This document shows, piece by piece, positions 60,059 to 64,000 of a DNA stretch of 64,000 nt (position 1 is the stretch's first letter; each line of letters opens with the position of its first letter). The position numbers and the translations under genes were made by a program. This stretch comes from Pseudomonadota bacterium (GTDB lineage: Bacteria > Pseudomonadota > Gammaproteobacteria > Steroidobacterales > Woeseiaceae). The stretch spans positions 1,307-65,306 of the forward strand of contig JACZSM010000007.1 of NCBI GenBank assembly GCA_022574185.1, read 5' to 3'. Below the pieces are notes generated by a model, which had not been told where the DNA came from, did no database searches, and worked only from the letters and a program-made list of their open reading frames with translations.

Positions 60059-61141
60059 ATGCTGCGCATACTCGACCGATACATATTTCGTGAGATTGCC
60101 TCGACATGGCTCGGTGTGACTATGGTCTTGCTGCTGATTCTTCTGACGAACCAGTTCGCCCGGGTTCTTGGCGATGTTGCCAAAGGCAAACTGCCCAAGG
60201 GTGCGGCATTGGAGGTGATCGGTCTTTCAGCGACTCAGTACCTGACGATCCTCGTTCCGATTGGACTGTTTCTTGCCGTCATGCTCGCGCTTGGTCGCCT
60301 GTATCGTGACAGTGAAATGCCGGCAATGATGGCTTGTCGCGTTGGACCGGCGGGCATTTATCGGCCGTTGTTCTGGTTGCTGGCGCCGCTGTCTCTATTT
60401 GTGGCCTGGTTGTCTATCGATCTTAGCCCACGTGCGATGCAGGCTGTCGATCGGATTGCTGCTGAAGCACGACGGCAGGTAGACCTGGCGAGTATCGAGC
60501 CCGGTCGATTTACGACCTTCGGCTCGGACAACTCGGTAATTTACGGCGAGCGCGTGACCGCCGACGGCATCATGGAGAATGTCTTCCTGCAACGACGTAC
60601 CGAGGATGGCCGCCTGGAAGTTGTCGTCGCGCGTCGCGGTGAACAAGTCGAGTCTGACGATCCCGATGTCCGCTTTCTGGTACTTTACGATGGTCGCCGC
60701 TATGAGGGTGTGCCGGGTACCACACAGTTTCGCGTCGTCGAATTTGCAGAACATGGCATTCCCTATCGATTGCCGAATCTCGACACGCCCGAACCAAGAC
60801 CACGTGCCATGCGGTTTTCAGATCTGCTGCTGTCGGGTGAGCTCAAGCATGTCGCAGAGATGCAATGGCGAATCAGCATCCCGCTGGCGACAATTATTCT
60901 GAGCATGCTTGCGGTGCCGTTGAGCCGGACCGAGCCGCGTGCAGGGCGCTACGGCAGGCTTGCGATGGGTTTGCTGGTGTTCATAATCTATCTCAACATG
61001 CTCAGTGCATCGAAAGCCTGGCTCGAGCAGGGCAGCTTGTCGCCAACCCTGGGTCTATGGTGGGTACATGGCTGTGTAATATTGATTACGCTGGGCCTGC
61101 TTGGCGTGCAGAACTCCGTATTTCGCAGGATGCTAACGTGA
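60059..61141 (+). CDS. lptF: LPS export ABC transporter permease LptF
   Basis: MLRILDRYIFREI N-terminus and 6 TM helices with a periplasmic beta-jellyroll insert. The start is trimmed to ATG 60059. Confidence 0.85.
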   Translation: MLRILDRYIFREIASTWLGVTMVLLLILLTNQFARVLGDVAKGKLPKGAALEVIGLSATQYLTILVPIGLFLAVMLALGRLYRDSEMPAMMACRVGPAGIYRPLFWLLAPLSLFVAWLSIDLSPRAMQAVDRIAAEARRQVDLASIEPGRFTTFGSDNSVIYGERVTADGIMENVFLQRRTEDGRLEVVVARRGEQVESDDPDVRFLVLYDGRRYEGVPGTTQFRVVEFAEHGIPYRLPNLDTPEPRPRAMRFSDLLLSGELKHVAEMQWRISIPLATIILSMLAVPLSRTEPRAGRYGRLAMGLLVFIIYLNMLSASKAWLEQGSLSPTLGLWWVHGCVILITLGLLGVQNSVFRRMLT

Positions 61142-62205
61142 CCGGCATACTGAGTCTGTACATGATGCGTGCCATCGTGGCAACCACAGCGCTGGTGCTG
61201 CTGGTGTTACTGGCACTGGCCGGCTTGTTTGAATTCATAGCTGAACTCGACGACACACGAGGTGACTATCAAACGCCCCAGGCCGTGCTCTATACCTTAT
61301 TGCGAATGCCGCAGCTGGCGTTCGAAATGTTGCCAGTCGCGGCATTGATCGGCGCGCTAGTCGGCCTTGGCGGGCTTGCTGGAGGCAGCGAGATTATCGT
61401 CATGCGATCCGCCGGTCTGTCGATACTGCGCCTTTCGGGTATGGTGGCCTTGACGGGATTCACGTTATTGATCTTCACAGGATTGCTTGGGGAATTCATC
61501 GGGCCGCCACTTGACTACTACGCGCGCAATATGCGCATGGAGTCACGCTTTCGCCAGGACGACGATGGCTTTGGCAAAGCGACGTGGGTCAAGGATGGTT
61601 CCGTTATTTTGCATCTCGAGCGTGTCAGCACGGAGTTCGATTTCGGCAGCATCTACCTGTTCCGCTTTAACGAGGCCAATGAACTGGAGGCAATAGCGCA
61701 GGCGGAGAATTCTGGCATTGGATTCAACGATCAGTGGATACTGCAAAATTTTCGCGAGACCCGGTTTCATGACGACGGGGTTCAAGTCGTCGCATCGTCA
61801 TTGATCGTAGAGTCATTCGACATTAACGCCGAGGTTCTCGGCATATCGTTGGTGAAACCGCAGAGTCTTTCGGCACGAGGGCTGTTCAGCTACATAGGCT
61901 ACCTCAAACGCAACAGTCTGGACTCGGATCGGTACGAGACTGAGCTGTGGTACCGCATTTCGCGTACTACCACGGTCATGATCATGCCGGTACTGGCGCT
62001 AGCCTTCGTTTTTGGTTCATTGCGAACGGGCGGCGCAGGAGCGCGATTGATGATCGGTGTCGTCATTGGGCTGGCGTACTATCTCGCCAGCGCAATGCTC
62101 GCGAATTCAGGTCAGGTATTTGACCTGAATCCTGCGGTCGTCGCCTGGTTACCGTCGTTGGTGTTGCTGTTCATTACGATATTCGCGCTAAATCGCATTC
62201 ATTAG
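61138..62205 (+). CDS. lptG: LPS export ABC transporter permease LptG
   Basis: The GTG start overlaps the lptF stop. It is a paralog of LptF (FEFIAELDD motif). The track extension to 60865 lies inside lptF. Confidence 0.85.
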   Translation: MTGILSLYMMRAIVATTALVLLVLLALAGLFEFIAELDDTRGDYQTPQAVLYTLLRMPQLAFEMLPVAALIGALVGLGGLAGGSEIIVMRSAGLSILRLSGMVALTGFTLLIFTGLLGEFIGPPLDYYARNMRMESRFRQDDDGFGKATWVKDGSVILHLERVSTEFDFGSIYLFRFNEANELEAIAQAENSGIGFNDQWILQNFRETRFHDDGVQVVASSLIVESFDINAEVLGISLVKPQSLSARGLFSYIGYLKRNSLDSDRYETELWYRISRTTTVMIMPVLALAFVFGSLRTGGAGARLMIGVVIGLAYYLASAMLANSGQVFDLNPAVVAWLPSLVLLFITIFALNRIH

Positions 62206-62642
62206 CTTTTCGGCTGCTTTGGGTAGTGGATAAGGTGCGTGCCGCTGATTCGGTCATGCCAGGTAAGCTTGTCTTTGTCCCAAAGCTGCCAGAGAAATCC
62301 CAATCCCAGTGGTAGCCAGGACAGGATGGCGGCGAAGAATCGCAACGATGCCTGCCCAACGGTCGGCGTTTGGGCATTTTCGGTTTCGATTCGCAGTCCC
62401 CAGGCGAGCATGCCCAGCGTGCTGCCAGACCGGCTCCAGAAGCCGACGAAAAATCCAAAAATCACGAGTGCCAGCGTAATTCGGTACGCAATATTGTCAC
62501 TGCTGTCCACCGGCTCGCCGCCGCGAATGGCAATAAATGGAATCGTCGCCAGGAATAGCAGCGCAAGAACCAGCAGCGTGTCATACAAGGTGGCGCCGAG
62601 TCGTCGCGGCAGTCCGGATTTTTTCACATCATTGACCGGCAT
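62202..62642 (-). CDS. RDD family membrane protein
   Basis: RRLGATLYD..., GSTLGMLAWGLRI and WHDRISGT motifs. 146 aa. It is convergent with and overlaps the lptG stop. Confidence 0.7.
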   Translation of the reverse strand: MPVNDVKKSGLPRRLGATLYDTLLVLALLFLATIPFIAIRGGEPVDSSDNIAYRITLALVIFGFFVGFWSRSGSTLGMLAWGLRIETENAQTPTVGQASLRFFAAILSWLPLGLGFLWQLWDKDKLTWHDRISGTHLIHYPKQPKS

Positions 62643-62654
62643 ACGAATGTCCTG

Positions 62655-64000
62655 TCACGAATCTAACTCTCCAATTCTCAGTTTCGCCCGGCGTCGATAG
62701 TCACGGCCCAGCCATAGCATGATAAATGACCAAATCACCGCAAAAGGCACCATCGTCCAGAAAACCACGGACATTCCCATGCCAAGAGCGGTCAGCCCGC
62801 GGATCGACCACGTGCCGACAAGATCGCCTAAACGGTAAATGGCAGTATCGATGAAGTTCTTGGTCTTGTACTTTTCCTCAGGCGTGACCACCGAATACAG
62901 CATGTCCGACGTCGGCTTGGTGAGTCCGAAGCCTAGCCCGCGCCTGATAATGATCAGTATCGCGACGGCTGCCAGTGTCGGGTCTGTCGTGAGCCATGCG
63001 AAACCCGCATTGGTCACGAAAGGCATCAGCGTTGGGTTGAACGCGAGCGCTGCGAAACCCGCGATCGACACAATAGGCATCAGGACCAGTGACAGGCCGA
63101 TTCCCAAACGGCTGACGACGTGCCTGACGATGAACAACTGGCCGACGAGCGCAATAGCACTGGTTGCGATATTGATATTGGAAAAAAATTGCGTACGGAT
63201 GTCGTCATCGATAATCACTTGCCCGACCAATTGTGCTCGGAACATGTACAGCGCCGTGCCGAGCAGGCTCGCGATGACCGAAGAAACGGCGATGCTCCTG
63301 AAGTAGGGCGACGATAGCATGTGTGTGACACCGGCCAAGCGGTTGCCGCCGAGTGGCTTGCCGAATCCGGCAGATGACAGAGCCTCCTGGCTGCGCTCGG
63401 CTGATACCCATTTGCGAATCCGGCGTATGCAATAGATGCCGATGGCCAGCATTGCGGCAGCGAACGGGAACAGGTTTTGAAAACCGATTTTGACAACCAG
63501 CGCGCTCGTTGCAATTGCGCCGAGTAAGCCACCAATACTGCCGCCGGCAGCAATCACGCCGAACAGGCGCCGACCCTGTTCGCCCGTGTAGATATCCGCC
63601 ATGAAACTCCAGAACACGGATACGATGAACAAGTTAAAGACACTGAGCCAGACAAAAAACACGCGCCCAAGCCAAAGATGGCTCTGCTCGTAGTCGATGA
63701 GGACAGAGAACACGGCCCAGAAAATCAGGATATTGCATATGAAGAAAAGGTAGATCCAGGGCAGGAATTTGCGCCGCGGATAATTTGACGTCACCCAGCC
63801 AAATATCGGCGTTGCCAGAAGCATGACGACGAACGTCGCGAGAAAAAGCAGGGGAATCGTGTTGGGCCCGCCGCCGACGGCCATGGTTTCGCGAATCGGT
63901 CGCAGGATGTAATACGACGAGAGAATGCAGAAGAAGTAGACAAAGGACCAGGCAACGGCCACGTATTCGTGTTTCTTGAGTCCGAACAGTCGCGCAAAGA
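62655..64000 (-). CDS. TLC/Npt-like (ATP:ADP antiporter family-like) MFS-type transporter, 5-prime end outside window
   Basis: The polytopic protein begins ...FARLFGLKKHEYVAVAWSFVYFFCILSSYYILRPIRETM. The reading frame is open to the window edge, so the true start is probably beyond 64000. Confidence 0.55.
   Translation of the reverse strand, partial: FARLFGLKKHEYVAVAWSFVYFFCILSSYYILRPIRETMAVGGGPNTIPLLFLATFVVMLLATPIFGWVTSNYPRRKFLPWIYLFFICNILIFWAVFSVLIDYEQSHLWLGRVFFVWLSVFNLFIVSVFWSFMADIYTGEQGRRLFGVIAAGGSIGGLLGAIATSALVVKIGFQNLFPFAAAMLAIGIYCIRRIRKWVSAERSQEALSSAGFGKPLGGNRLAGVTHMLSSPYFRSIAVSSVIASLLGTALYMFRAQLVGQVIIDDDIRTQFFSNINIATSAIALVGQLFIVRHVVSRLGIGLSLVLMPIVSIAGFAALAFNPTLMPFVTNAGFAWLTTDPTLAAVAILIIIRRGLGFGLTKPTSDMLYSVVTPEEKYKTKNFIDTAIYRLGDLVGTWSIRGLTALGMGMSVVFWTMVPFAVIWSFIMLWLGRDYRRRAKLRIGELDS

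Noticed and set aside
60865-61137. Upstream extension of the lptG ORF.
   Set aside because: It lies within the lptF coding region in another frame. The GTG at 61138, overlapping the lptF stop, gives a normal-length LptG.

Overview
This is a densely coding, moderately GC-rich chromosomal segment with gammaproteobacterial-type synteny. I call about 58 protein genes. I recognised no rRNA, tRNA, CRISPR array, IS element, integrase or prophage gene by eye. All assignments come from reading the translated ORFs; no database search was run.

Most of the window is core housekeeping:
- aceE-aceF-lpdA
- grxD/rnt
- rnfABCDGE-nth
- metG, apbC-dcd, purM-purN
- hda with an AI-2E transporter and a DUF2066-like gene
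- proS, prfC
- pepA-holC-valS facing lptF-lptG

Regions that look accessory or unusual:
1. A three-gene module (30075-34795, minus strand) encodes a soluble HEAT-repeat Hanks-type Ser/Thr kinase followed by two divergent, overlapping PilT-family hexameric ATPases. It sits inside the normally contiguous divergent metG/apbC pair, with no pilus structural or platform genes nearby. This is my best candidate for an undescribed system.
2. An MNIO (DUF692)-DUF2063-DoxX RiPP-maturase-like cluster (20422-22561) has no detectable precursor gene. It begins 43 nt after nth and is followed 11 nt later by a membrane-anchored FMN glutamate-synthase-like protein.
3. MetRS appears to have its C-terminal tRNA-binding domain internally deleted, leaving only the last ~19 residues.
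4. A REP-like intergenic repeat family has an exact 27-nt core present twice in opposite orientation.
5. Several oddities in single genes: a Tat-signal aldo/keto reductase, a PSD-like protein lacking the pyruvoyl serine motif, a TLC-like transporter, and a MoxR-DUF58-TgpA triad.

Many long antisense ORFs in the six-frame track are rejected as GC-driven artefacts.
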